A stretch of DNA of 64,000 nt from Candidatus Methylomirabilota bacterium (lineage in GTDB: Bacteria > Methylomirabilota > Methylomirabilia > Rokubacteriales > CSP1-6): assembly GCA_036002485.1 (NCBI GenBank), contig DASYTI010000107.1, positions 37,783 to 101,782 on the forward strand, read 5' to 3'. The stretch's first letter is position 1. Each line of letters begins with the position of its first letter. A program made the position numbers and the translations under genes. The notes under the pieces were generated by a model that was not told where the DNA came from, made no database searches, and saw only the letters and a program-made list of their open reading frames with translations. Shown piece after piece: positions 9,470 to 19,487 of the stretch.

Positions 9470-10466
9470 GCCGGGCCGCATGCGGGAGTCGCCACCGTTG
9501 CTGGTGGTGGAAGATCTCAAGACGTACTTCTTCACCCGTCGTGGGATCACCAAGGCGGTGGACGGGGTCAGCTTCACCCTCGAGGCCGGGGAAACCCTCG
9601 CTCTCGTCGGGGAGTCGGGATCCGGGAAGTCCGTGACCTGCCTCTCCCTCGTGCGGCTGGTCCCCGAGCCGGCCGGCCGGGTCGTCGGAGGCCGCGTCCT
9701 GTTCCAGGGAGAAGACCTGCTGGAGAAAAGCCCCGCCGAGATGCGGCGCGTGAGGGGAAAGCAGATCGCCATGGTGCTCCAGGACCCCATGACCTCCCTC
9801 AATCCCGCCCTGACCATTGGCGGCCAGGTGAGCGAGGTCGTGCGCCTCCATCAGGGCCTGCGCGGCCCCTCGCTGCGCGAGCGGGTGCTGGACGCGCTCT
9901 CACGACTGCGCATTCCGGGTGTCGAGACAAGGCTCCGGCACTACCAGCACCAGCTGAGCGGCGGGATGCGGCAACGCGTGTCGAGCGCCATCGCCATGTC
10001 GTGCGAACCGCGCCTCCTCATCGCGGACGAGCCCACCACCGCGCTCGACGTGACCATCCAGGCCCAGTATCTCGAGCTGCTCAAGGAGGTGCAGCGCTCG
10101 ACCGGCGTGGCCGTCATCCTGGTCACCCACGATTTCGGCATCGTGGCCGCCCATGCCGATCGGGTGGCCGTGATGTACGCCGGGAGGATCGTGGAGATGG
10201 GGAGCACGCTCCAGGTCTTCGACAACCCGGGGCATCCCTATACCCGGGCCCTCCTGCGCTGCCTTCCCGATGTGGAGCTGACCCGCCACGAGCTCGTCGA
10301 GATCGGCGGGCAGCCCCCTGACCTGGCGCGGCTGCCTCCCGGCTGCCCCTTCGCGCCGCGGTGCCCCGAGCGGCTGCCCATCTGCGAGGAGGCGTACCCG
10401 CCGAGCGTGCCCCTGGCCAGTGGCCATACGGCGCACTGCTGGGTGGCCGCCGGCGCTCACGCCTGA
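9459..10466 (+). CDS. ABC transporter ATP-binding protein (DppD/OppD-type)
   Basis: Walker A GESGSGKS, signature LSGGMRQR, Walker B LLIADEPTTALD, and a C-terminal oligopeptide-ATPase Cys region (PPGCPFAPRCP). An alternative start at 9480 is possible. Confidence 0.92.
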   Translation: MEDRPGRMRESPPLLVVEDLKTYFFTRRGITKAVDGVSFTLEAGETLALVGESGSGKSVTCLSLVRLVPEPAGRVVGGRVLFQGEDLLEKSPAEMRRVRGKQIAMVLQDPMTSLNPALTIGGQVSEVVRLHQGLRGPSLRERVLDALSRLRIPGVETRLRHYQHQLSGGMRQRVSSAIAMSCEPRLLIADEPTTALDVTIQAQYLELLKEVQRSTGVAVILVTHDFGIVAAHADRVAVMYAGRIVEMGSTLQVFDNPGHPYTRALLRCLPDVELTRHELVEIGGQPPDLARLPPGCPFAPRCPERLPICEEAYPPSVPLASGHTAHCWVAAGAHA

Positions 10467-10473
10467 GACCGCG

Positions 10474-11433
<960 letters not shown>

Positions 11434-11451
11434 GCTGGCCTGGACTATTCC

Positions 11452-11664
11452 TGAAGGAGACTCTCTCGTCGTACGGCCCCCTGATTTACTCAGCCCTCGC
11501 CTCGCGGCAGCGCCGCTCAGCTCGAAGTGCGGCCCTCTCCCCCGCGGCGGGGGAGAGGGATGAGAACACTCTCGCCATGCGGCTCTCTTCATTCTGGTCC
11601 CTCTCCCCCAGTGGGGGAGAGGGCAGGGTGAGGGGGTTAGGTGTTCGCGCATAATCCGGGCTAG
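11452..11664. repeat. Composite GC-rich hairpin repeat element (copy 1; REP/BIME- or MITE-like)
   Basis: Two hairpins: ccctctccccc-gcggc-gggggagaggg (11533-11559) and ccctctccccc-agt-gggggagaggg (11599-11623). The 24-mer gggggagagggcagggtgaggggg sits at 11613-11636. The flanks tgaaggaga.tctctcgt.cgtacggcccc and aggtgttcgcgcataatcc.ggctag are shared with copy 5. Lies between convergent genes. Confidence 0.85.
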
Positions 11665-11716
11665 CGACTCCCCGAAGGGCTTCATCCTGATCGGCATGGC
11701 TCACCGACGGCGCCGA

Positions 11717-14035
11717 TCATCTCCTGTTCGCGTCCGCATCGACGGAAGAAGCCGTGCGACTGATCTTCTGGTACAGGAATCCGACGAGGAGGAGGACGAC
11801 ACCGAGCAGGAGGAAGGAGAGCATCCGGTAGAGCGTCTTGATCGAGGCGAGATCGACCACGAAGACCTTGAAGATCGTCAGGCCCAAGAGTCCGAGCGCG
11901 GCATAGCGCATGGGCGCGGAGCGGCGAACGAAGCCCCAGGCGAGCACCACGGCCGCGTACAGCGTCCAGAGCACGGAGAGGCCCACCTGCGTCTTCCAGC
12001 GTATCTCGGTCCGGAGAGCGCGCCGGGCCCCCGGCTTCGCCTCTTGCACGAGCGCGTTCTGATAACGCGTCCAGCCCTGGCTCAGCACGAAGAGCAGGAC
12101 CACGCCCGCCGTGCCCGAGACGGTACGGCCCACCGTGCCGGCGTACAGGGAAGCGCCGGAGCCCGCGAGCCATCGCCCCGACAGTCCGATGACGGCACAG
12201 GCGACGATACGCATGACGAGGTAGCGGTTCACCAGGTCCTCCGCCGCGCTCTTGGCCATGCTGTCGTCCGCGCCCAGCACGCGCGCCAGCAGCATCACCG
12301 CGGCCAGCGGCACCGCGACCGCGAAGGTGGGCGAGGCGATGAGGCGTGACAGCGCGCCCAGCACCAGCACCTGGGCGGCCAGGAGTCCAGCGGGCCAGAG
12401 TCCGGGCGGCTCCCGCCACAGCAGCACCGAGAGCGTCTGGGAGGCGAGGATCCACAGCAGGCTCCGCAGCGTCTCCGGCTTCATGGTGAAGAGCTGGCCT
12501 GGACGGAGCGCCAGGGCAAGCTGTCCCGCCACGAGGGTGGCGGCGACGGTCAGCAGATGGGCGAGGAAGGTCGCGTTCCACACCGGCGGCCAGTTCGGAG
12601 AGGCCCACGTATCGCCGACCAGCACGCGCAAAGCGGCCAGGAAGAGGGCGGCCGTGCCGCCCCAGGCGGCCACGGGCGTGGCCACGCGCGGGGCGAGCCA
12701 CAGCAGGACGGCGCCCTCCGCCGCCCAGGCCAGGGTGATCCACGGCCCCTTGAGAGCAAGCGGGATGGCGAGCGTCACGAAGACGCACGCCACCCCAATG
12801 AGCACGCCCACGGTCGCTTCGTCGTCGGGCACGCGGCGACGGTAGAAACCGGCGGCGAGCGTGTACACGATGGCAAGGGCCATGGCGGCCGGGGCCTCCA
12901 GGAGGGGACGCCACGCGTCGAGGGTCACGTAGACCGCCCAGAAATAGCCCGCGGCCGTGCCGGCGACGATGACGAGATCCACCTCGCGGAGGCGTCGCCC
13001 CTGGCTCCACTCGCGGGCCAGCGGCGTCACGAGGAAGAGGACGAAGAGCGCGGTGAGAAGGGCCAGACGCACCACCGGGGTCTCCGCCTCGGGCTGGCGC
13101 ATGAAGGTCGGGGCCAGCAAGAGCACGGTGCCCGCCCAGGCCAGACGGTTCAGCGCGCGCCAGGTGCGGAAGCGGGCAATGGCCAGGACGAGGAAGTCGA
13201 GCACGACGAGATAGCCCATGAGCACGCGCTCGTTGGGCGCTACGCTCGCGAGCAGCACGGGAGTCAGGAGCCCGCCCAGCAGCGCGAGCACCGCCGTCAC
13301 CTGGCGCTCCGAGATCACCGCCACCATTGTACCCAGCACGGTGACCACGAACATGAGCCCGAAAGCCGCCCCCACGCGCAAGAGCTCGTAGTAGGCATAG
13401 CCCGCGTAGAGAGAGAGGTAGCAGAGCCCGAGACCCAGGCCCGAGAGCCCCTCGGAGAGATAAGGGACATCCCGCCTGCGGTGGAGCACCAGACCGGCCA
13501 GCAACGACACGATGCCCGCGGCGAGCCCCAGGCCGAGCCTCGCCCGAGGGCCGATCAGGTTGTTCTCGATGGACCACTTCACCGCGAACGACGCGGCGAA
13601 GAGAATGGCGACCACGCCGATCCAGGTGGTCCAGCGCGCGCCGATCCGCTGCTCGAGATCGAGCCGCGGCACCGGCGGAGGCTCGGGTGGCGGAGCGGCA
13701 TGCGCGATCGCCTCGCGTGTGGAGGTGGCCGCCGCGGCCTCGGCGCTTACAGGCGCAGGCTCGGGAGCGAACGGGGCGGGCGCTACGGGCTCGAAGGCTG
13801 ATGGAGCTGACGGGACCGCCGGCGGAGGCTGAGGCTGTCCCCGCTGCTCGAGGGTCCAGACCCGATAGAGGAGGTCACGGATCCTTTCCTCGAGGGCCGC
13901 GATGCGCTCCGCCGGCGTTGGCTGACCCGGGCGGGGCCGGTACTCGCGTAGCACTTTGAGGGACACGGCCAGAGCGCCAACCGCCACGAAGAGGGCCAGT
14001 AACGCCATCTGCGAGGAGCCTACACCAGAAGTCAC
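11717..14035 (-). CDS. Large polytopic membrane protein (DUF2339-like)
   Basis: 772 aa. N-terminal TM segment, then a short coiled region (ERIAALEERIRDLLYRVWTLEQ), a Pro/Ala-rich linker, and more than 15 hydrophobic helices. The DUF2339 assignment is from memory of that architecture. Confidence 0.6.
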   Translation of the reverse strand: MTSGVGSSQMALLALFVAVGALAVSLKVLREYRPRPGQPTPAERIAALEERIRDLLYRVWTLEQRGQPQPPPAVPSAPSAFEPVAPAPFAPEPAPVSAEAAAATSTREAIAHAAPPPEPPPVPRLDLEQRIGARWTTWIGVVAILFAASFAVKWSIENNLIGPRARLGLGLAAGIVSLLAGLVLHRRRDVPYLSEGLSGLGLGLCYLSLYAGYAYYELLRVGAAFGLMFVVTVLGTMVAVISERQVTAVLALLGGLLTPVLLASVAPNERVLMGYLVVLDFLVLAIARFRTWRALNRLAWAGTVLLLAPTFMRQPEAETPVVRLALLTALFVLFLVTPLAREWSQGRRLREVDLVIVAGTAAGYFWAVYVTLDAWRPLLEAPAAMALAIVYTLAAGFYRRRVPDDEATVGVLIGVACVFVTLAIPLALKGPWITLAWAAEGAVLLWLAPRVATPVAAWGGTAALFLAALRVLVGDTWASPNWPPVWNATFLAHLLTVAATLVAGQLALALRPGQLFTMKPETLRSLLWILASQTLSVLLWREPPGLWPAGLLAAQVLVLGALSRLIASPTFAVAVPLAAVMLLARVLGADDSMAKSAAEDLVNRYLVMRIVACAVIGLSGRWLAGSGASLYAGTVGRTVSGTAGVVLLFVLSQGWTRYQNALVQEAKPGARRALRTEIRWKTQVGLSVLWTLYAAVVLAWGFVRRSAPMRYAALGLLGLTIFKVFVVDLASIKTLYRMLSFLLLGVVLLLVGFLYQKISRTASSVDADANRR

Positions 14036-14126
14036 AGAGGCTGGGAGCTTTCCCTCTCGCCGTTAGGCGCCGGCAGCGTTTCGGCTCCTCAGTCCTTCCC
14101 CGCAACGGGCTATAATCGGAGACCCT

Positions 14127-15320
14127 ATGGACGCTCCCCTCGCCCGTCTCCTCGTCGCCGACCTCACCCAGAACGTGGCCGGCCCCACCTGCACCCAGAT
14201 CCTGGGCGATATGGGCGCGGACGTGATCAAGGTCGAGCGTCCCGGGCGCGGCGATGACGCGCGGGCCTGGGCGCCGCCCTTCTGGGGCGAGGAGAGCGCC
14301 ACCTTCATGAGCTTCAATCGCAGCAAGCGGAGCCTCGCGGTAGACATGAAGGCTCCCGAGGGCCGGGCCATCCTCGAGCGGCTCATCGGTCGCGCCGACG
14401 TCCTCGTGCAGTCGCTGCGCGCGGGGGCCATCGAGGAGCTGGGGCTTGGCTGGGAGCGCGCGCACGCCCTCAATCCGCGCCTCGTCTATTGCTCGATCAC
14501 GGCCTTCGGCACGGATGGCCCGCTCAGCGACCGGCCCGGGTACGACCCGCTCATGCAAGCCTATGGCGGCATCATGTCCGTCAATGGCCATGCGGGCCAG
14601 CCGCCCGCGCGCGTGCCCGTCTCCCTCGTGGACATGGGCACGGGCATGTGGGCAGCCATCGCCATCCTGGGCGCCTTGCGCGAGCGCGAGCGCACGGGCC
14701 GCGGCGCCAACGTGACGACGGCGCTCTTCGAGACGGCCCTGGCCTGGACCACTTTTCAGATGACGCACTACTTCGCCAACGGCGAGATCCCGCAGCCCCA
14801 GGGCTCCGGCACCGCGATGATCTGCCCCTACGAGGCCTTCCCGACCCGTGATGCCTGGGTCATGATCGCCGCGGCCTCCGACGCGCTCTTCGTCAAGGCG
14901 GCGGCGGCGCTCGGCGCCCCCGAGCTGCCGCGCGACGCGCGCTTCGCCGACAATCCCGCGCGCGTCGCGCATCGCGGCGAGCTCCTCGAGGCCCTCTCAC
15001 GGATCACGCGCGAGCTCTCGAGCGCCGATGTCCTCGCGCGGCTCCAGGGTGCCGGCGTCCCGTGCGCGCCCATCCTCACGCTCGATCGTGTCGCCGCCGA
15101 GCCCCAGACGGAAGCGAGCGGCATGCTCATCTCCGCCAAGCATCCCCGGCTGCCGGACTACCGGACGGTCGGGCTGCCCATACGCTGGGACGGCGAGCGG
15201 CCAGGCGTGACCCGCGTGCCGCCGCTGCTCGGCGAGCACACGGCCGAGGTGCTCGGCACTCTCGGCTATGACGAGGCGGCCATCCGGTCGCTGGTGGAGC
15301 GCCATGTCGTCCAGCTATAA
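14127..15320 (+). CDS. CoA-transferase family III (CaiB/BaiF-type)
   Basis: 397 aa. N-terminal hallmark LVADLTQNVAGPTCTQILGDMGADVIKVERPGRGDDAR. Confidence 0.85.
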   Translation: MDAPLARLLVADLTQNVAGPTCTQILGDMGADVIKVERPGRGDDARAWAPPFWGEESATFMSFNRSKRSLAVDMKAPEGRAILERLIGRADVLVQSLRAGAIEELGLGWERAHALNPRLVYCSITAFGTDGPLSDRPGYDPLMQAYGGIMSVNGHAGQPPARVPVSLVDMGTGMWAAIAILGALRERERTGRGANVTTALFETALAWTTFQMTHYFANGEIPQPQGSGTAMICPYEAFPTRDAWVMIAAASDALFVKAAAALGAPELPRDARFADNPARVAHRGELLEALSRITRELSSADVLARLQGAGVPCAPILTLDRVAAEPQTEASGMLISAKHPRLPDYRTVGLPIRWDGERPGVTRVPPLLGEHTAEVLGTLGYDEAAIRSLVERHVVQL

Positions 15321-16098
15321 GACGATCAACGTCTCGGCCTCGCCCGATGGCTACGTGGTCACCGTCGAGCTCAACCGGCCCGAGGCGCTCAACGCCATGA
15401 ACACGGCCATGGGCGAAGACCTGTTGCGGTGCTTCGAGGGCTTCCCGTGGGACAAGGCCGCGCGCTGCGTGGTCTTCACGGGCGCAGGCCTCAAGGCCTT
15501 CTGCGTGGGCGGTGACTTGAAAGAGCGCGAGGGCATGACCGAAGAGACCTGGCGCGCTCAGCACGCCATCTTCGAGGCGGCCGCGGCCAAGGTGCTCCAC
15601 TGCCCCATACCGGTGATCGCCGCCGTCGAAGGCTTTGCCATGGGCGGCGGCTGCGAGCTGGCCGTGCTCTCCGATTTCATCGTGGCCTCGGAGACGGCCG
15701 TCTTCGCGGTGCCCGAGGTGACGCGCGGGATCTTTCCCGGCATCGGGGGGACGCAATTGCTCCCGCGCATCATCGGCGCGCCGCTCGCCAAGGAGATGAT
15801 CTTCACGGGGCGCCGCGTGCCCGCGGCCGAGGCCAAGGCCATCGGCCTCGTGAATCATCTCGTGCCCGCCGGCCAGGCACGGACCAAGGCCCTGGAGATC
15901 GCCCAGGTCATCGCCGACAACGGTCCCATCGCCGTCCGCCAGGCCAAGAAGGCCGTGAGCTGGGGGAGCGAGACCGACCTCGAGACGGGCATGGCCCTGG
16001 CCATCGAGGCCTACAATGTCACCGTCACCACCGACGACAGGCTCGAGGGTGTGCGCGCGTTCAACGAGAAGCGAAAACCCAACTTCAAAGGCAAGTAG
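15304..16098 (+). CDS. Enoyl-CoA hydratase/isomerase (crotonase) family protein
   Basis: ORF trimmed to the ATG at 15304 (MSSSYKTINV). Motifs VVFTGAGLKAFCVGGDLKE and AAVEGFAMGGGCELAVLSDF. Overlaps the CoA-transferase stop. Confidence 0.85.
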   Translation: MSSSYKTINVSASPDGYVVTVELNRPEALNAMNTAMGEDLLRCFEGFPWDKAARCVVFTGAGLKAFCVGGDLKEREGMTEETWRAQHAIFEAAAAKVLHCPIPVIAAVEGFAMGGGCELAVLSDFIVASETAVFAVPEVTRGIFPGIGGTQLLPRIIGAPLAKEMIFTGRRVPAAEAKAIGLVNHLVPAGQARTKALEIAQVIADNGPIAVRQAKKAVSWGSETDLETGMALAIEAYNVTVTTDDRLEGVRAFNEKRKPNFKGK

Positions 16099-16114
16099 CG
16101 GACTTATCTAATAT

Positions 16115-16181
16115 CCCTCTCCCCTCCGGGGAGAGGGCCGCAGTTCGAGCTGAGTCGCGGAGCGGCGAGGCGAGGGCTGAG
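16115..16181. repeat. GC-rich hairpin repeat element (copy 2; single unit, inverted orientation)
   Basis: Hairpin ccctctcccc-tcc-ggggagaggg (16115-16137), followed by ccgcagttcgagctgag...gaggcgagggctgag. That flank is the reverse complement of the L-module seen in copies 1 and 3. Confidence 0.8.
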
Positions 16182-16197
16182 ATAGTGAGGGGTTCAA

Positions 16198-17370
16198 ATG
16201 AAAGACATGAGCTTCGCGCTGACCGACGATCAGAAGGCCCTCAAGACGGCGGTCTACGACCTCTGCAAGCAGTACACGGGCGAATACTGGCGCGAGCTGG
16301 ACGCCAAGCGCGAGTACCCGGACGCGTTCATCAACGATCTGACCAAGGCCGGGTACCTGGCCGTGCTGATCCCGCAGGAGTACGGCGGGGCGGGCCTCGG
16401 CGTCATGGAGGCGGCCCTCATCCTGGAAGAGATCAACCGCTCGGGGGGCAACGGCGGCGCCTGCCACGCGCAGATGTACATCATGGGCACGGTGCTGCGC
16501 CATGGCTCCGAGCAGCAGAAGCGGCAGTACCTGCCGAAGATCGCCACGGGCGAGCTGCGCTTGCAGGCCTTCGGGGTCACCGAGCCGAACGCAGGATCGG
16601 ACACGACGAAGCTGCAGACCACGGCGACCAAGAAGGGCGATCGCTACGTGGTCAATGGCCAGAAGATGTTCATCTCCCGCGTGCTCCAGTCCGACCTCAT
16701 GCTCCTGCTCGCCCGGACCACGCCCGTGGATCAGGTGAAGAAGAAGACGGATGGGCTCAGCGTCTTTCTCATCGACATCCGCGAGGCGAAGGGCAAGGGC
16801 CTCGACGTGCGGCCCCTCCGGATGATGATGAACCACTCGACCAACGCGCTCTTCTTCGACAACCTGGAGATCCCCGCCGACAGCCTCATCGGCCAGGAGG
16901 GGCACGGCTTCTCCTACATCCTCGACGGCATGAACGCCGAGCGCATCCTCGTGGCCTCAGACTCGCTGGGCGACGCGCGGTGGTTCATCGAGAAAGCCGT
17001 GGCTTACTCGAGCCAGCGCGTCATCTTCGGCAAACCCATCGGGGCCAACCAGGGCGTCCAGTTCCCCATCGCCAAGGCGCACATGGCCATCGAGGCCGCC
17101 GACCTCATGCGCACCAAGGCCGCCAAGCTCTTCGATGCGGACATCCCGTGCGGGCCGGAGGCGAACATGGCCAAGTACCTCGCCTCGGAGGCGGCCATCG
17201 AGGCGGGCAACGCGTGCATCGACTGCCACGGCGGCTATGGCTTCGCGGAGGAATACGACATCGAGCGCAAGTTCCGCGAGTCGCGCCTCTACCGCGCGGC
17301 CCCCATCAACAACAACCTGATCATGGCCTACGTCGGGGAGCACGTCCTCGGCATGCCCCGCTCCTACTAG
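16198..17370 (+). CDS. Acyl-CoA dehydrogenase
   Basis: 390 aa with an ACAD pattern throughout (LIPQEYGGAGLG, FGVTEPNAGSD, C-terminal CHGGYGFAEEYDIERKFRESRLY). Confidence 0.9.
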   Translation: MKDMSFALTDDQKALKTAVYDLCKQYTGEYWRELDAKREYPDAFINDLTKAGYLAVLIPQEYGGAGLGVMEAALILEEINRSGGNGGACHAQMYIMGTVLRHGSEQQKRQYLPKIATGELRLQAFGVTEPNAGSDTTKLQTTATKKGDRYVVNGQKMFISRVLQSDLMLLLARTTPVDQVKKKTDGLSVFLIDIREAKGKGLDVRPLRMMMNHSTNALFFDNLEIPADSLIGQEGHGFSYILDGMNAERILVASDSLGDARWFIEKAVAYSSQRVIFGKPIGANQGVQFPIAKAHMAIEAADLMRTKAAKLFDADIPCGPEANMAKYLASEAAIEAGNACIDCHGGYGFAEEYDIERKFRESRLYRAAPINNNLIMAYVGEHVLGMPRSY

Positions 17371-17407
17371 CCGAGACGATGCGCGAGCTCCGTCTCCCCC
17401 TCAGCAA

Positions 17408-17576
17408 CTCAGCCCTCCCCTCGCCGCTCTCCTCGCCTACAGCTCGTCGGCAGCGTCTCGGCTCGAACTGCGGCCCTCTCCCCCAATGGGGGAGAGGGAT
17501 CCGAAAGGAAAACTGCAGCGTGACACGACTGTTCTCATCCCTCTCCCCCATTGGGGGAGAGGGTAGGGTGAGGGGG
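17408..17576. repeat. Composite GC-rich hairpin repeat element (copy 3)
   Basis: L-module ctcagccctc...gctcgaactgcgg. Hairpins at 17474-17498 (loop aat) and 17539-17563 (loop att). The 24-mer with one mismatch (gggggagagggtagggtgaggggg) is at 17553-17576. Confidence 0.85.
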
Positions 17577-18520
17577 TGGCCGTGAGCCTGCCTGAAGTCG
17601 ATCGGCTGTCCGTCACCACGGTGGTGGACAACTTCATCGACAACCTGCGCGCCGACGACCGGATCGCCAAGCGCTTCACCCACGCCCAGGCACGCCGCAT
17701 GCCCACCTTGAGGGCCGAGCACGGCCTGGGCCACTGGGTCGAGGTGGAGCGCGGCGGCAAGAGCCGGCGCATCGCCTTCGATTTCGGGCTCACGGGCGAG
17801 AGCTACACGCACAACTTCCTCGAGCTGGGGCTCGAGGCGGGGATGGTAGACGCGGTGGCCCTGAGTCACGGGCACATGGACCACTACGGCGGCCTCGGCA
17901 GCTTCCTCAAGACCTATCGCCGGCGGATGAGGAATGACGTCGTCTTCTACGGCGGCCGCGACCACTTCCTGCCGCGCTACCACGAGCGGAACAATGAGCG
18001 TGTGTATATCGGCCGGCTCGATCGCGACGAGCTGGAGCGTTACGATCTCGAGGTGCGCGTGGTCGAGAAGCCGACGGTACTGCCGGAGGGCGTGCTCCTG
18101 AGCGGGGAGATGCACGAGACGGTACCCTTCGAGGTCATTCCTCCCTCGCTCAAGGTGGAGCGCGACGGCCAGGTCGTCCAGGACACCTTCATCGGCGAGC
18201 AGGCCCTCATCGCCAACGTCAGGAACCGGGGTCTCGTGGTCGTCACCTCGTGCTCCCACCGCGGCATCGTCGGCATCTGCCGGCACGCCGTCAAGGTCTC
18301 GGGCGTTCCCAAGGTCCATGCCGTCATCGGGGGCTTCCACCTCTCGGGACTCACGGGCGAGCGCATCACCCAGGTGGTGGACGCCTTCCGCGACCTGGGC
18401 ATGGACTACCTGATCCCCCAGCACTGCACGGGGCTCGAAGCCGTCATCCAGATGGCCGTGCACCTGCCCAAGGAGCTGGTGGTAAGCTCGGTGGGAAGCA
18501 CGTTCACCTTCGGGGCCTGA
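17576..18520 (+). CDS. MBL-fold metallo-hydrolase (COG1237-like)
   Basis: 314 aa. SHGHMDHYGG (HxHxDH motif), then later CSHRGIVG and GGFHL. The GTG start abuts the repeat, so the real start may be the next GTG at 17582. Confidence 0.75.
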   Translation: MAVSLPEVDRLSVTTVVDNFIDNLRADDRIAKRFTHAQARRMPTLRAEHGLGHWVEVERGGKSRRIAFDFGLTGESYTHNFLELGLEAGMVDAVALSHGHMDHYGGLGSFLKTYRRRMRNDVVFYGGRDHFLPRYHERNNERVYIGRLDRDELERYDLEVRVVEKPTVLPEGVLLSGEMHETVPFEVIPPSLKVERDGQVVQDTFIGEQALIANVRNRGLVVVTSCSHRGIVGICRHAVKVSGVPKVHAVIGGFHLSGLTGERITQVVDAFRDLGMDYLIPQHCTGLEAVIQMAVHLPKELVVSSVGSTFTFGA

Positions 18521-18529
18521 GGAGACGCC

Positions 18530-19477
18530 ATGAAACTTCCCAAGCGCGTGACGATCTGCGAGGTGGGGACGCGAGACGGGTTCCAGATCGAGCCCGACTT
18601 CATTCCCACCGAGGCCAAGATCGAGGTCGTGAACAAGCTCGCGGCCACCGGCCTGCCGCGCATCGAGGTGACCTCGTTCGTCTCACCCAAGGCCGTGCCC
18701 CAGCTCAAGGACGCCGAAGCCGTGATGGCGGGAATCGCTCGGCGGCCGGGGACGCGCTACTCCGCGCTGGTCCCCAATGACAAGGGCGCCGTGCGCGCGG
18801 TCGACGCGGGGGTGGACGACATCCACACAGTGGTCTCGGCGAGCGAGAGCCACAATCTCGCCAACGTCAACATGTCGATCGCCGAGTCGCTCGTCAAGCT
18901 CAAGGCCACCGCGGAAGTGGCCCATCGCGCGGGCAAGCCCGTCTACTCCGGCATCTCCTGCTCCTTCGGCTGTCCCTTCGAGGGCGACGTGCCCGTGGCC
19001 CAGCTCGAGTCCGTGGTCGCGCGCCTCGTGGAGATGGGGGCCAAGGGCATCGGCCTCGCCGACACCACGGGCATGGCGAACCCCGCGCAGGTCGGGCGCG
19101 TGCTCGAGCACCTGATGCCGCGCTTCCCCGGCGTCGAGTGGACGCTGCACACCCACGACACGCGCGCCATGGCCATCCCGAACATCCTGGCCGCCATGGA
19201 GATCGGCGTGACCCACTTCGACGGCTCCATCGGCGGCCTGGGCGGCTGTCCCTTCGCGCCGGGGGCCTCGGGCAATGTCTGCACCGAGGACCTCGTGCAC
19301 TGCCTCTGGGCCATGGGCGTGGAGACGGGCATCGATCTCGACGCGCTCATCGGCGTGTCGAAGCGGGTGCAGGAGATCGTCGGACGCGTGCTGCCCGGCC
19401 AGATCGTCAAGGCGGGCGCGTGGAGCCGGCGCTATCCCCTTCCCGACGGCGTGAAGGAGCGCCTGGCCACCAGATGA
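18530..19477 (+). CDS. Hydroxymethylglutaryl-CoA lyase-like (HMGL family) protein
   Basis: 315 aa. Motifs VTICEVGTRDGFQ, LADTTGMANP, HTHDTRAMAIPN and GGLGGCPFAPGASGN. Confidence 0.85.
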   Translation: MKLPKRVTICEVGTRDGFQIEPDFIPTEAKIEVVNKLAATGLPRIEVTSFVSPKAVPQLKDAEAVMAGIARRPGTRYSALVPNDKGAVRAVDAGVDDIHTVVSASESHNLANVNMSIAESLVKLKATAEVAHRAGKPVYSGISCSFGCPFEGDVPVAQLESVVARLVEMGAKGIGLADTTGMANPAQVGRVLEHLMPRFPGVEWTLHTHDTRAMAIPNILAAMEIGVTHFDGSIGGLGGCPFAPGASGNVCTEDLVHCLWAMGVETGIDLDALIGVSKRVQEIVGRVLPGQIVKAGAWSRRYPLPDGVKERLATR

Positions 19478-19487
19478 CCCTCGACCA

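Noticed and set aside
11533-11636. Possible CRISPR array, because of recurring ~25-nt palindromic repeats
   Set aside because: Only two units occur per locus. The spacers are conserved modules rather than unique sequences, the loci are dispersed between ordinary genes, and no cas genes are present. REP/MITE-like is the better description.
11486-11704. Short ORFs translating to ...SPxGGEGRVRG / PSPCPLPxWGRG... (also 17437..17793, 19407..19610, 35492..35698 and the tails of 10548..11654 and 16185..17585)
   Set aside because: These peptides are translations of the hairpin repeat family in different frames and orientations. They recur because the DNA repeat recurs, so they are not genes.
11682-13577. 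631-aa minus-strand and 414-aa plus-strand ORFs inside the DUF2339-like gene
   Set aside because: These are alternative or antisense frames. Only the 11717..14035 frame yields regular hydrophobic helices.
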